Part shown: in pieces, positions 29,826-38,377 of the stretch
Position numbering within the stretch: position 1 is the first letter of the stretch
Layout of the letters: each line of letters opens with the position of its first letter
DNA from: an uncultured Bdellovibrionales bacterium
GTDB taxonomy: Bacteria; Patescibacteriota; Minisyncoccia; Moranbacterales; GWC2-37-73
Assembly: GCA_964484505.1 (NCBI GenBank)
Contig: CAZAFB010000004.1
Span: 23,265 to 87,264 of the forward strand
Direction: 5' to 3'
Length of the DNA: 64,000 nt
Made by a program: the position numbers and the translations under genes
The notes under the pieces: generated by a model
What the model was told of the DNA's origin: nothing
Databases searched by the model: none
What the model saw: the letters and a program-made list of their open reading frames with translations, nothing else

Positions 29826-30690
29826 TCGCAAAATTATCTTTAGTATCATCATGCTACTCGTCATTCTCGGCTGTGTTGTTTGGGCAGTGGTGCTTTTCGA
29901 GCACCGACAATTTGGGCTAAGTGTAACTTTTTTCGATGTGGGGCAGGGTGATGCAATTTTGATTTCACAAGGCTCGCAGCAGATTTTGATTGATGGTGGG
30001 CGCGACGGAAATCTTCTTTTGGAAAAGTTGGGCAAAGCAATTCCTTTTTGGGACCGCACAATTGAGACCGTGATCGCTACGCATCCTGATGCGGATCATA
30101 TTGCCGGGCTTGTTGATGTTGCAAAGGCATATAAAATTGGCTCAGTGATTGAGACGGACATGAAAAGCGACTCGCAAACATATAGGGCATGGGAAGACAT
30201 GATTGTTAAAGAGGGAAGTGAGCGCATCGAAGCTTTGGCTGGCGAAAAAATAATTTTGAAAGACGGCGCGGAGATGAGTATTCTATTTCCATTTAACAAC
30301 ATCTCCAATGCTGATGAAAAAAACAGCAATGCAACAAGTGTGGTCGCAAAGTTGTCATATGGCGAAAACAAATTTTTGTTTACGGGTGATCTGCCCAGCG
30401 AGCAAGAGGCGGAGTTGGTGGATAAAAAAATGGAGCTTAGCTCCGATGTGCTAAAAGTGGGACATCATGGTTCGAAATATTCCACGAGTGAAAAATTTCT
30501 TGATGTCGTAAGTCCCAAGAGTGCTGTCATTTCAGTCGGTGCGCATAATACTTACGGTCATCCCGGACAGGAAATAATCGACCGTCTTTTGCATCGCGGA
30601 GTTGATATTCTGCGTACGGATAAGTCTGGAGATATTGGATATAACTGTAAAAGTAAAGAATCAACTTGCGCGATGAGCGTGGAAAGATAA
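29818..30690 (+). CDS. ComEC-associated metallo-beta-lactamase-fold protein
   Basis: FDVGQGDA, THPDADHIAG, FTGD, KVGHHGS, YGHP, RTD. Confidence 0.92.
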   Translation: MYNRKIIFSIIMLLVILGCVVWAVVLFEHRQFGLSVTFFDVGQGDAILISQGSQQILIDGGRDGNLLLEKLGKAIPFWDRTIETVIATHPDADHIAGLVDVAKAYKIGSVIETDMKSDSQTYRAWEDMIVKEGSERIEALAGEKIILKDGAEMSILFPFNNISNADEKNSNATSVVAKLSYGENKFLFTGDLPSEQEAELVDKKMELSSDVLKVGHHGSKYSTSEKFLDVVSPKSAVISVGAHNTYGHPGQEIIDRLLHRGVDILRTDKSGDIGYNCKSKESTCAMSVER

Positions 30691-30740
30691 AAAGAACCCA
30701 TGCGAAACGCAGTTCACATGGGTGCGGGTGAGTCGTCTCC

Positions 30741-31196
30741 TTAGGCGGCTGTTTTCTTTTCTGAATTGTTCTCTATGCGCGGAATGGGATTAGGAGTTTC
30801 ATCCAGAACAGGAGTTGCCGCAGAAAGTGGCTCCATGTATCTGCAATTTTTTCCTATAGGGCATTCTGCTTCCTTGAGGAAATTTATGGAGATTGCATTG
30901 AAAATGAATCTGCCGCTGTTGCCTAGCTCAAGGTGACCGGCCACCATTGCTTTTGCAATATGACCAAAATTTGTTTTCTTGCCGATTTTCTCCATGATTT
31001 CAGTGATTATTTTTTTGCCTTTGATGTGATCGCATTTCATGGAGCCGGAAAGCGGCAAACATTTAACTTTGGCATCAGCGGCTTTAAATTCAATGTATTT
31101 GCCTTTCTTGCCAAGGTCACTGATGAAAACCTCAAGTTCACCTGTGGTGCGGTAGCGCAACAGAAGTTCGCTGTGATTACAGGGCATCAGTTCCAT
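30741..31196 (-). CDS. Hypothetical protein
   Basis: 151 aa open frame with AGGGGG purine tract upstream. Confidence 0.55.
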   Translation of the reverse strand: MELMPCNHSELLLRYRTTGELEVFISDLGKKGKYIEFKAADAKVKCLPLSGSMKCDHIKGKKIITEIMEKIGKKTNFGHIAKAMVAGHLELGNSGRFIFNAISINFLKEAECPIGKNCRYMEPLSAATPVLDETPNPIPRIENNSEKKTAA

Positions 31197-31378
31197 GTTG
31201 TTTTCCCCCTTTGTTTGAGTTTATTCCATTTGGAAAATGTTTTGCCATGTATTCCTCAAAAGTCATGCAATTCCCCTTTTTGCAACATGAAGATTTTTTT
31301 ACAATGATATTGTGTTTTATAGCAAAATCTTTAAATTCAGGACAAGGCATGCATGGTCTCCAAAAAGTTAAATTGGTC

Positions 31379-31774
31379 TTAGGGAAACAATCCATTAAGA
31401 ATTTTCATATTTTCGCGGAGTCTTTTTTCAGAAGGAATTTCTTCTCTCAATTGCTCTGTGGTGCAGCTGAATTTGAGCAGAGAAGCATAGAGTGTGAGAG
31501 GTTTCCTATCGCGATACTCCAGCTCTCCGTTCAGACTGACATCTGCGAAGGGAACCCGGTTCGTCTCTCTTGCGATGTGACTGAGCATGAAAGAAATACG
31601 GTCCTTATTTTCAAAAAAAGAAATTGGACCAAACAGCACGCCATCGAGGATATATTCCACTGTCGCTTCGTTTAAATCGATAGCAACATGTCCTATGCCG
31701 CTGATGTATGCCGTCTCCGGGTAGCCACCTCTTAGTTTTACCGATGTCCGCATGTTCCTGCAAGTATATCCCAT
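31379..31774 (-). CDS. Hypothetical protein
   Basis: 131 aa open frame preceded by AAGGAG. Confidence 0.55.
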   Translation of the reverse strand: MGYTCRNMRTSVKLRGGYPETAYISGIGHVAIDLNEATVEYILDGVLFGPISFFENKDRISFMLSHIARETNRVPFADVSLNGELEYRDRKPLTLYASLLKFSCTTEQLREEIPSEKRLRENMKILNGLFP

Positions 31775-31926
31775 GGTTCACTCCTTTCCCTTTTTTGTTG
31801 GTAAATGACTGCTTTTTATATATCATTCACCGAGAAAAAAAGCAAACTGTTGCCTAATTAATAACATATGTTACAATAATCCCAGCGGACAGTCCGCTTT
31901 TATTATAATCATATAAATTCAACAAA

Positions 31927-32529
31927 ATGGAACATCCAAGAAAGGAACAAACATTCATAATCTTGAAACCTGATGCGATTCAGCGTGGCTTCATGGGAGA
32001 GATTATTTCACGTATTGAAAGAACGGGACTTAAATTCACTGCAATGAAATTTTTCGTGCCCAAAGAAGATCAATGTTGGCAGCATTATAACAAAGATGAT
32101 GCCTGGTTTGAATCCAAAGGAGCTCGTATCGTAGCCGACCGCGAAGCAGCAGGACTTCCGATTGAAAAGGAAGCTAAGGAATACGGTAAGGATATCATTC
32201 GCCAATTGGCGGTGTTTATGACTTCCGGGCCGGTGCTTGCGGCGGTGATCGAAGGTAATCAGGCAGTGAATATTGTAACTAAACTTGTGGGAGGAACGGA
32301 ACCGACAACTTCGGACGTCGGAACAATTCGTGGTGATTTGACTATCGATTCATATGCGATGGCAGGAGTTGATGGGCGCGCGGTGCGTAATTTGATCCAC
32401 TGCTCAGACAAACCAGAAGAAGCGCAAAGAGAGATTAAGATTTGGTTTGCGGAAGAAGAAATTGTAAAATATCGTCTGATCAATGAACAGATGCTCTACG
32501 ATGTGAATTTGGATGGGATACTGGAATAG
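31927..32529 (+). CDS. ndk: Nucleoside diphosphate kinase
   Basis: LKPDAIQRG, FMTSGPV, GTIRGD, NLIHCSD. Confidence 0.95.
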   Translation: MEHPRKEQTFIILKPDAIQRGFMGEIISRIERTGLKFTAMKFFVPKEDQCWQHYNKDDAWFESKGARIVADREAAGLPIEKEAKEYGKDIIRQLAVFMTSGPVLAAVIEGNQAVNIVTKLVGGTEPTTSDVGTIRGDLTIDSYAMAGVDGRAVRNLIHCSDKPEEAQREIKIWFAEEEIVKYRLINEQMLYDVNLDGILE

Positions 32530-32629
32530 TTGAATAGGTATTAGGCTTTTAGGCATTAATTACTTAGGAAATATTAGGGAATACAAATGTAAAAATATGA
32601 AAAGTCGGCTGTGATGGTCGGCTTTTATT

Positions 32630-32675
32630 TTATCCACAGAGCATGATTTGACAGCAGTTAAATAAGGTATAAAAT
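32630..32675 (+). promoter_or_regulatory. DnaA box plus sigma70-type promoter
   Basis: TTATCCACA at 32630, TTGACA at 32648, TAAAAT at 32670. Confidence 0.6.
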
Positions 32676-32698
32676 GAATTCATGCAATATAACTCTGT

Positions 32699-32880
32699 AA
32701 AAATGATGCTCGTGCTCTTTGTGAGCCTCCTATTTGGGAGCCATTTTTCGCCGGGTTATTGCAAAGCATAAAGTTTGGAAAATAGTTCGAAGCAAGCAAC
32801 CCGGCAAGATCGCCGGGATTTTTGTTGGTCATCGAAATTTCAATTTCGCAATGAACAACAATCCTGTCGGATGACGGGAT
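32699..32880 (+). ncRNA. Candidate structured leader or ncRNA
   Basis: Consecutive stems: AAAAATG/CATTTTT multibranch, GCCGGGTT/AACCCGGC, GGGATT..TTGTT..CAT/ATG.AACAA..AATCCT. Confidence 0.4.
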
Positions 32881-32921
32881 TAGTTCTTAAATAACTAAAT
32901 AAAAAAGGGAGGGATCTGGCC

Positions 32922-33119
32922 ATGAATAATGATGTTGCGGTGGTAAATGAGAATCTTCGTGGTTTCCCGGCGGCTGATGCTGAAAATTGGCGCGAGCTCA
33001 ATGAATTGGAATATGTAATAAATAATGCGAAAGGAGGATTCGTGGGGGATTTTACAAAGATTGTCGCGAGGTTTATTTGCTTGAAGAGGAAGTTGGGTTT
33101 GCCGTTAGATATCTGGTAA
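32922..33119 (+). CDS. Small hypothetical protein
   Basis: GGGAGG Shine-Dalgarno, 65 aa. Confidence 0.55.
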   Translation: MNNDVAVVNENLRGFPAADAENWRELNELEYVINNAKGGFVGDFTKIVARFICLKRKLGLPLDIW

Positions 33120-33136
33120 AAAAAGGAGGAGATATC

Positions 33137-33346
33137 ATGGAAATAAGCATGGCTGGGGACAAACGTTTCGAAGTTTATGCTGAGTTATGCCGTGAGACAG
33201 TTCAGATCAGACTTAAATTGGATAGGAATGATATTTCGGCAGACAAGAGAATAAGACTTTCTAACCGCTTAGGGGATCTGGTGAATAGGATCATACCGAG
33301 GCATGTTGAAAGGATCAACTTTTCCGACTACAAACGTTTCAAATAG
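33137..33346 (+). CDS. Small hypothetical protein
   Basis: AGGAGG before the ATG at 33137, 69 aa. Confidence 0.6.
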   Translation: MEISMAGDKRFEVYAELCRETVQIRLKLDRNDISADKRIRLSNRLGDLVNRIIPRHVERINFSDYKRFK

Positions 33347-33481
33347 CGTTTGATAAAGCGGTTTTTTCGAAAGTTAAAACTGACAAAAAGTCGGCCGAAA
33401 ACATCGGTCGCATACATGGGGAGTGTAAGTCCTTTGACCAAGGCAGCTCCCCGCGCAATTTTTTAAAGAAGGAGAAAAGAT

Positions 33482-33622
33482 ATGAACAAAAGTGATGAAA
33501 AAAAATTGAAGACCATTGAATCCGAACTGAAAAAGCGCAACTTTATTGACACCGGTCATCTTGATGGTTTACTGGCACAACGTGCCTTGATTTTACTGCT
33601 TAATCGTCCTCGCCTTTTGTGA
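33482..33622 (+). CDS. Small hypothetical protein (46 aa, not in the ORF track)
   Basis: AAGGAG before ATG; MNKSDEKKLKTIESELKKRNFIDTGHLDGLLAQRALILLLNRPRLL. Confidence 0.5.
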   Translation: MNKSDEKKLKTIESELKKRNFIDTGHLDGLLAQRALILLLNRPRLL

Positions 33623-33717
33623 TAACATTATCCATCGCGATAATTGTAATAGTTGTGGAGCGTTCTTTTTGAATGCTCCTTTTGATTTTTCTTTTGCGTA
33701 TGATAAGCTATAAAAAA

Positions 33718-33943
33718 CGGGGCGTGGGGCAGTGGTAGCCCGCGAGCATGGCCCTGAAGTAAATTTTTCGGGCTGTAGTATACCGGTAGTACGCGTCCAT
33801 GGGGTGGATGTAGACCGGGTTCAATTCCCGGCAGCCCGACAATTATCCGAAAAATTACTTCAGGGTAGAGGTGTTTGCTTGCCCCGCACTAAGCTTGCTT
33901 TGGTGCTGAGGTAGCGGCGGTTCGATTCCGCCTGTCCCGACCA
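33718..33943 (+). tRNA. Interrupted outer tRNA (Pro identity; GGG anticodon if 33752-33869 is removed) with a second insertion in the variable region
   Basis: Acceptor CGGGGCG/TGTCCCG-A-CCA, D arm GGGC-AGTGGTA-GCCC, anticodon stem CGAGC/GTTTG, T arm GGCGG-TTCGATT-CCGCC. Confidence 0.75.
33769..33839 (+). tRNA. tRNA-Pro(GGG), intact, nested inside the outer tRNA; CCA not encoded
   Basis: CGGGCTG/CAGCCCG-A, D arm GTAT/GTAC, CGTCC-ATGGGGT-GGATG, CCGGG-TTCAATT-CCCGG. Confidence 0.92.
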
Positions 33944-34044
33944 CGTAAAATTGTTACGCAATCACGTGGCATAGCCAGAAAAATTGCTGTGCAATAGCGC
34001 ATAGCCTTGGAATTGTTACGTAGCTAGTTACGTAACTAAAAAAT

Positions 34045-34506
34045 ATGACTGAAAACCAAAACATAATCAGCGAGAGGGCGGCGGCGATCATCATTAAAGA
34101 CGATGATATTTTGCTGATGCATCGAAGAAAGCACGGCAGGGAATATTTTGCAGTTCCCGGTGGGCAAGTTGAAAAGGGGGAAACGCCGCAGATTGCCGCC
34201 CAGCGCGAGGTGAAAGAGGAAACAAATTTGGACGTAGAAATAGGCGAGATGCTACTTTCTTTTGAGCGGGATATCTATGAAGAAAATGGTATTGCTGAAT
34301 ATCATGAAAAAAGTGGTGGCAGGGTAAAAGAATATTTTTTTCTGGCGAAAAGCATTTTCGGTGAAACTAAACTTGGCGGCCCGGAACTAGAAAGACAGAG
34401 TGAAGAAAATTTCCATGAACTCCAGTGGGTTAAGCTTTGTGAGATAAAAAATATACCGCTCCTGCCGGAGAGAGTTAAGGAATTATTGGTTGAGAATTTC
34501 GGATAA
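34045..34506 (+). CDS. NUDIX hydrolase
   Basis: PGGQVEKGETPQIAAQREVKEET Nudix box. Confidence 0.92.
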   Translation: MTENQNIISERAAAIIIKDDDILLMHRRKHGREYFAVPGGQVEKGETPQIAAQREVKEETNLDVEIGEMLLSFERDIYEENGIAEYHEKSGGRVKEYFFLAKSIFGETKLGGPELERQSEENFHELQWVKLCEIKNIPLLPERVKELLVENFG

Positions 34507-34677
34507 TAGCCCAAAGTAATACGAATCTTGTACGAATATACAAATGACTTAAAACGTCTTTCGGTTAAGGTTATGATGCCCGTTTGGTTTAATGGTTAGG
34601 GTTACGGCTTAATGCCGAATTACGTAACCACTAAACGACCCGGGCTTCGTAACCGATAAACATAAAACGAGCGCTTA

Positions 34678-35865
34678 ATGTACAGACTCAGAAAAATACT
34701 CCTAGTCATCTTTCAAATCCTGCTGCTCGGAGGTGTTTTGTGGTATCTTGCTGATTCGCCGATAGTCAAGAAAAAAGTCGAGACAACACTTACTGATATT
34801 CAACAAAATGCGGCAGAAACAAACATAACCTTTCCTGCGCCGTCCGGTTCTTTCGAGCAAACTTTTGAATGGTCGTATGCGGGCAAAAAATATTCAGTCT
34901 CGCAAACTTTCTATAATTCCTACACCCAATATTATCAGACACTTCCACGGGAATATTCTTATGCTGGCGCATTGCCTGCCGATTGGCAAGAAAAATATTA
35001 TGGTATTTTTCTTGATACGAGCGCCAAGGACCAAACCATCAAAGCATTGGCGGATAAGATAACTACAACGGGGAAAAAACAAAATCTTTCAGATGATCAA
35101 ATAGTAGATCTTGTTATCGCTTTTGTACAAACCATTACCTATGATGACGCCAAAGCGGCAAACATAACCAGTCAGACCGGCAATACGGATATTCGTTATC
35201 CGTATGAAGTTTTGCTGGAAAGAGCGGGAGTGTGTAGTGAAAAGAGTATCCTCGCTGCCGCACTCTTGCGTCATTTGGGATATGGTAATGTCTTGTTGGC
35301 TTTTGAACAAGCCAATCACATGGCCGTCGGCATCAAATGTCCGTCGCAATATGCCAATTATCCCAGTGGCTATTGCTATGCAGAGACCACGACCGAGGGC
35401 AATCGTGTCGGCATCATCCCACAAGTGGATACAAACAAGGGAAAGGCAGTGGGAATGAGCGAGGCGCAGTATTTTGGTTCTTCTGATGGACAACAAACAA
35501 ACTTGGCCGAACTTGCTAGTCCGGATTTCTATCAAAAACAAGATGGCAAAGAATATCGTGGCATCATTGCGACGATCAAGACAAATGAAGAGATTCAATC
35601 GCTTTCCAAACAGATCGCTTCCATGCGTAGCCAACTCAAAGAGCTTAGTAGCTCAATTGCAGAGAAAATTGATGAATTGCAAAGTATGAAGAAAAAAATG
35701 GATAAGTATGAAAAGGCAGGTGATGTTGATGAATATAATGAGATGGTCAAACCATACAATAAGCTTGCAGATTCCTATAGTAAAGATGTTTCTTCCTATA
35801 ACACGCTGGTGGATTCTTTAAATCAGAAAGTGAAGAGATATAACTCGCTAGTGTCAGTGCAGTAG
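34678..35865 (+). CDS. Membrane-anchored transglutaminase-like cysteine protease with C-terminal coiled coil
   Basis: N-terminal TM, FVQTITYD, RYPYEVL, GVCSEKS..HMAVGI..YAETT catalytic triad pattern. Confidence 0.75.
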   Translation: MYRLRKILLVIFQILLLGGVLWYLADSPIVKKKVETTLTDIQQNAAETNITFPAPSGSFEQTFEWSYAGKKYSVSQTFYNSYTQYYQTLPREYSYAGALPADWQEKYYGIFLDTSAKDQTIKALADKITTTGKKQNLSDDQIVDLVIAFVQTITYDDAKAANITSQTGNTDIRYPYEVLLERAGVCSEKSILAAALLRHLGYGNVLLAFEQANHMAVGIKCPSQYANYPSGYCYAETTTEGNRVGIIPQVDTNKGKAVGMSEAQYFGSSDGQQTNLAELASPDFYQKQDGKEYRGIIATIKTNEEIQSLSKQIASMRSQLKELSSSIAEKIDELQSMKKKMDKYEKAGDVDEYNEMVKPYNKLADSYSKDVSSYNTLVDSLNQKVKRYNSLVSVQ

Positions 35866-35980
35866 GGAATAAATTAGAACACAAAATTTTTATATGTCAA
35901 ATATACCTTTCGACGTGACAAATCATTTCAAGCGTGCTATCATGGTCAGTCGTATTAATCATGCTGATTATTTTGAAGAA

Positions 35981-36544
35981 ATGGCCATCATAAAGCGCGC
36001 AACGCTCTGCAGCAAAAAAGTCGAATATACCGTGAAAAAACATCGCAAAGCCAAGCGTCTGAAATTGGCGATTTATTGCGATGGTTCTTGCGTTGTGACG
36101 GCGCCTTGGTGGATCAGCATGGAAAAAGTGGACAAGTTTGTCCGCCAGAATGCCGAGTGGGTGATTGAGAAGATGCGCAAGATGAAAAGGATCGGTCGTC
36201 AGAGCATGTTTGCCACTTCCAATCGGGAGGAATATCTCAAGCTGCGCGAAACAGCTCGCAATTTGGTGAAAAAGCGTTTGGAGATATATAACGAATACTA
36301 TGGATTCAAATATAGCCGCATTGCGATCCGTGACACCAAGACTCGCTGGGCCAGTTGCAGTTCGAAGGGTAATCTGAATTTCAATTACAAAATTCTGTTT
36401 TTGCCGCTGCGCTATGCTGATTACATCATTGTGCACGAACTGTGCCATCTGAAAGAATTCAACCATGGCAAACGTTTTTGGAATCTCGTCGCCGAAACAA
36501 TTCCGGAACATGAGAGGATCAGAGAAAAGTTGAAGGCGATGTAG
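35981..36544 (+). CDS. YgjP/DUF45-like zinc metalloprotein (M48-like)
   Basis: TRWASCS, YIIVHELCHLKEFNHGKRFW; start uncertain. Confidence 0.88.
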   Translation: MAIIKRATLCSKKVEYTVKKHRKAKRLKLAIYCDGSCVVTAPWWISMEKVDKFVRQNAEWVIEKMRKMKRIGRQSMFATSNREEYLKLRETARNLVKKRLEIYNEYYGFKYSRIAIRDTKTRWASCSSKGNLNFNYKILFLPLRYADYIIVHELCHLKEFNHGKRFWNLVAETIPEHERIREKLKAM

Positions 36545-36596
36545 TTTTTTTTGTAAAACGGGTAATATTCCAAAAATAAAATCCAAGGAGGAAGGA

Positions 36597-36815
36597 ATGG
36601 AAATCAGAGAAAAAAATGGCTCTTGTCATGTGATAAAATTACATGAAGGTGATGTGGTCCAGCTTCTAGTTCCTGCAAGTGTCGAAAGAACATGTGTCTA
36701 TCTATCGGTGATTTGTGGCAAGTTATGTATAGGGGGAGGTGCGTCTGTTATTGACGAGATTGTTGGCGAAGGAATGACCTCAAAAGTACGAGAAGGACTT
36801 TTTGATCCTTCTTGA
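36597..36815 (+). CDS. Small hypothetical protein
   Basis: AGGAGG Shine-Dalgarno, followed by a terminator. Confidence 0.55.
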   Translation: MEIREKNGSCHVIKLHEGDVVQLLVPASVERTCVYLSVICGKLCIGGGASVIDEIVGEGMTSKVREGLFDPS

Positions 36816-36826
36816 ACAGACAATAA

Positions 36827-36869
36827 ATGGGCAGTTTTCAATCTTGAGAACTGCCCACTTATTTTTTTT
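36827..36869 (+). terminator. Intrinsic terminator
   Basis: TGGGCAGTTTTCAA/TTGAGAACTGCCCA stem plus T run. Confidence 0.75.
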
Positions 36870-36912
36870 ATGCTATACTAATAATATAAGATTTTATTAA
36901 AAATGTTGTTTT

Positions 36913-37530
36913 ATGCAGAAATTATTTTTGGACATTGAGACGATTCCAGCAGGCGAAGAGTCGCATGAAACTTTGAAAGCTCTGTTTGATAAAAAAAGAA
37001 AAGATGACGATAAGTTTGAGGACTTTGTGGCGCGCACCTCTTTCGATGGAGCATTCGGGCAGATTTTATGTATTGGTTATGCTTTGGATAATGAGCCTGT
37101 GCAGGCTTTGTATAACAAAGACAATGAAAGAGAAACACTGAGACAATTTTGGGAACTGGCGCGTAACGCTTCGCTGTTCATTGGTCACAACGTGATGGAT
37201 TTCGATTTGCGTTTCATTTACCAACGCTCGATTGTTTTGGGTGTGCGTCCGAGCTTGGACCTTAACTTTGCCCGCTATCGCAGTAATCCGATTTACGACA
37301 CCATGAAAGAATGGGTCAAGTGGAACAATAGCAATGTCGGTCTGGAAACTTTGGCATTGGCGCTTGGCATCCCATCACCCAAAGACGGTATCGATGGTTC
37401 GCAAGTCGCCGCATTTCACGCTGCAGGAAAGGATGACGAAATTGTCGAATATTGCAAAAGAGATGTGGAAACGACTAGGGATGTTTATAAGAGGATGATA
37501 TTTGAAACGAGCAGGAATACATTGTTTTAG
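36913..37530 (+). CDS. 3'-5' exonuclease, RNase H-like (PolB-related DEDDy)
   Basis: FLDIETIP, GHNVMDFDL, YCKRDV. Confidence 0.88.
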   Translation: MQKLFLDIETIPAGEESHETLKALFDKKRKDDDKFEDFVARTSFDGAFGQILCIGYALDNEPVQALYNKDNERETLRQFWELARNASLFIGHNVMDFDLRFIYQRSIVLGVRPSLDLNFARYRSNPIYDTMKEWVKWNNSNVGLETLALALGIPSPKDGIDGSQVAAFHAAGKDDEIVEYCKRDVETTRDVYKRMIFETSRNTLF

Positions 37531-37822
37531 GTTCAGTGGTAAAGGTTAAGAAACCGGTTTCATAGAGAGGTTATGCTTTTGTTTTTAAGAGAGTAGTTAC
37601 ATAGAAAGAGGAGAATGGTACAAGAGACAGGAAAATGGAAAAAGGAGACACGGATCATTTATCTATTTTCATTTTTCCTGAACAACTTTCTTTTTTCTAT
37701 TAAACTGATTTCTTGGAGAATGGTTTAAGTTTTAACTTTTAACATTAAACGATACAGGCTTCGTAACCCTGACCGTTATGAAATTTGAAAGAATTGGCAA
37801 TTTAGACACGTAAACGTTAACC

Positions 37823-38143
37823 ATGACACCAATGGCGAAAATCAGGGAAAAAGTAAGATCTATTAAGCAGACAAGCGCGCAAATAGAGAAAGAAATCAGG
37901 GAAAAGACCGTGGGTTATATTGTGGCGGGTTTTTCGGTGGTTGCCGGTTTTGCTTGGAATGATGCTATCAAGGCCTTCATTGAAGAATATTTTCCGCTTT
38001 CACGTGATACCATGAAGGCGAAATTTGTCTATGCTGTATTAATAACGGCAGGGGTAGTTATTGTTTCAGTTTATTTGATGAAAATATTTAGGGTGGGAAA
38101 GAAGGAAAAAGAAAAGGATAAAGTTGAAGGAGGGGAGAAATAA
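37823..38143 (+). CDS. Small membrane protein (DUF5654-like)
   Basis: GFSVVAGFAWNDAIKAFI..FVYAVLIT. Confidence 0.75.
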   Translation: MTPMAKIREKVRSIKQTSAQIEKEIREKTVGYIVAGFSVVAGFAWNDAIKAFIEEYFPLSRDTMKAKFVYAVLITAGVVIVSVYLMKIFRVGKKEKEKDKVEGGEK

Positions 38144-38377
38144 AAAAGGTTGATATAATTGAGATAAGACCCGTATGTTTTTGTAAAACAGTCGAAATAA
38201 AAAAAATAAACGGGGGGATGTGTTTTTATATCAAAAAATCAACAAAATTTGATATAATCCCGTTTTTTTTGTAAATTAAATACAGTTCATTAACAACACG
38301 AAAGGAGGGCAAAAGCAACAAATCGTACCCGTGATTCAAGACATCAACCCTAATCGAAAAAGAAAAAGGAGAGTGTC

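Noticed and set aside
31177-31395. 72-aa minus-strand Cys-rich ORF between two hypotheticals
   Set aside because: Overlaps both neighbours and the start is unclear; a shorter version may be real but cannot be supported from sequence alone
33355-33452. c-di-GMP-I riboswitch (GAAA-capped hairpin followed by GACAAAAAG)
   Set aside because: Conserved GCAAA and second-stem motifs are not convincingly present
33752-33869. Group I intron or archaeal bulge-helix-bulge intron in the outer tRNA
   Set aside because: Too short, lacks a catalytic core, is mostly occupied by the inner tRNA, and the junctions do not form a 3-4-3 motif
33732-33914. 60-aa ORF in the track
   Set aside because: Overlaps the tRNA structures entirely
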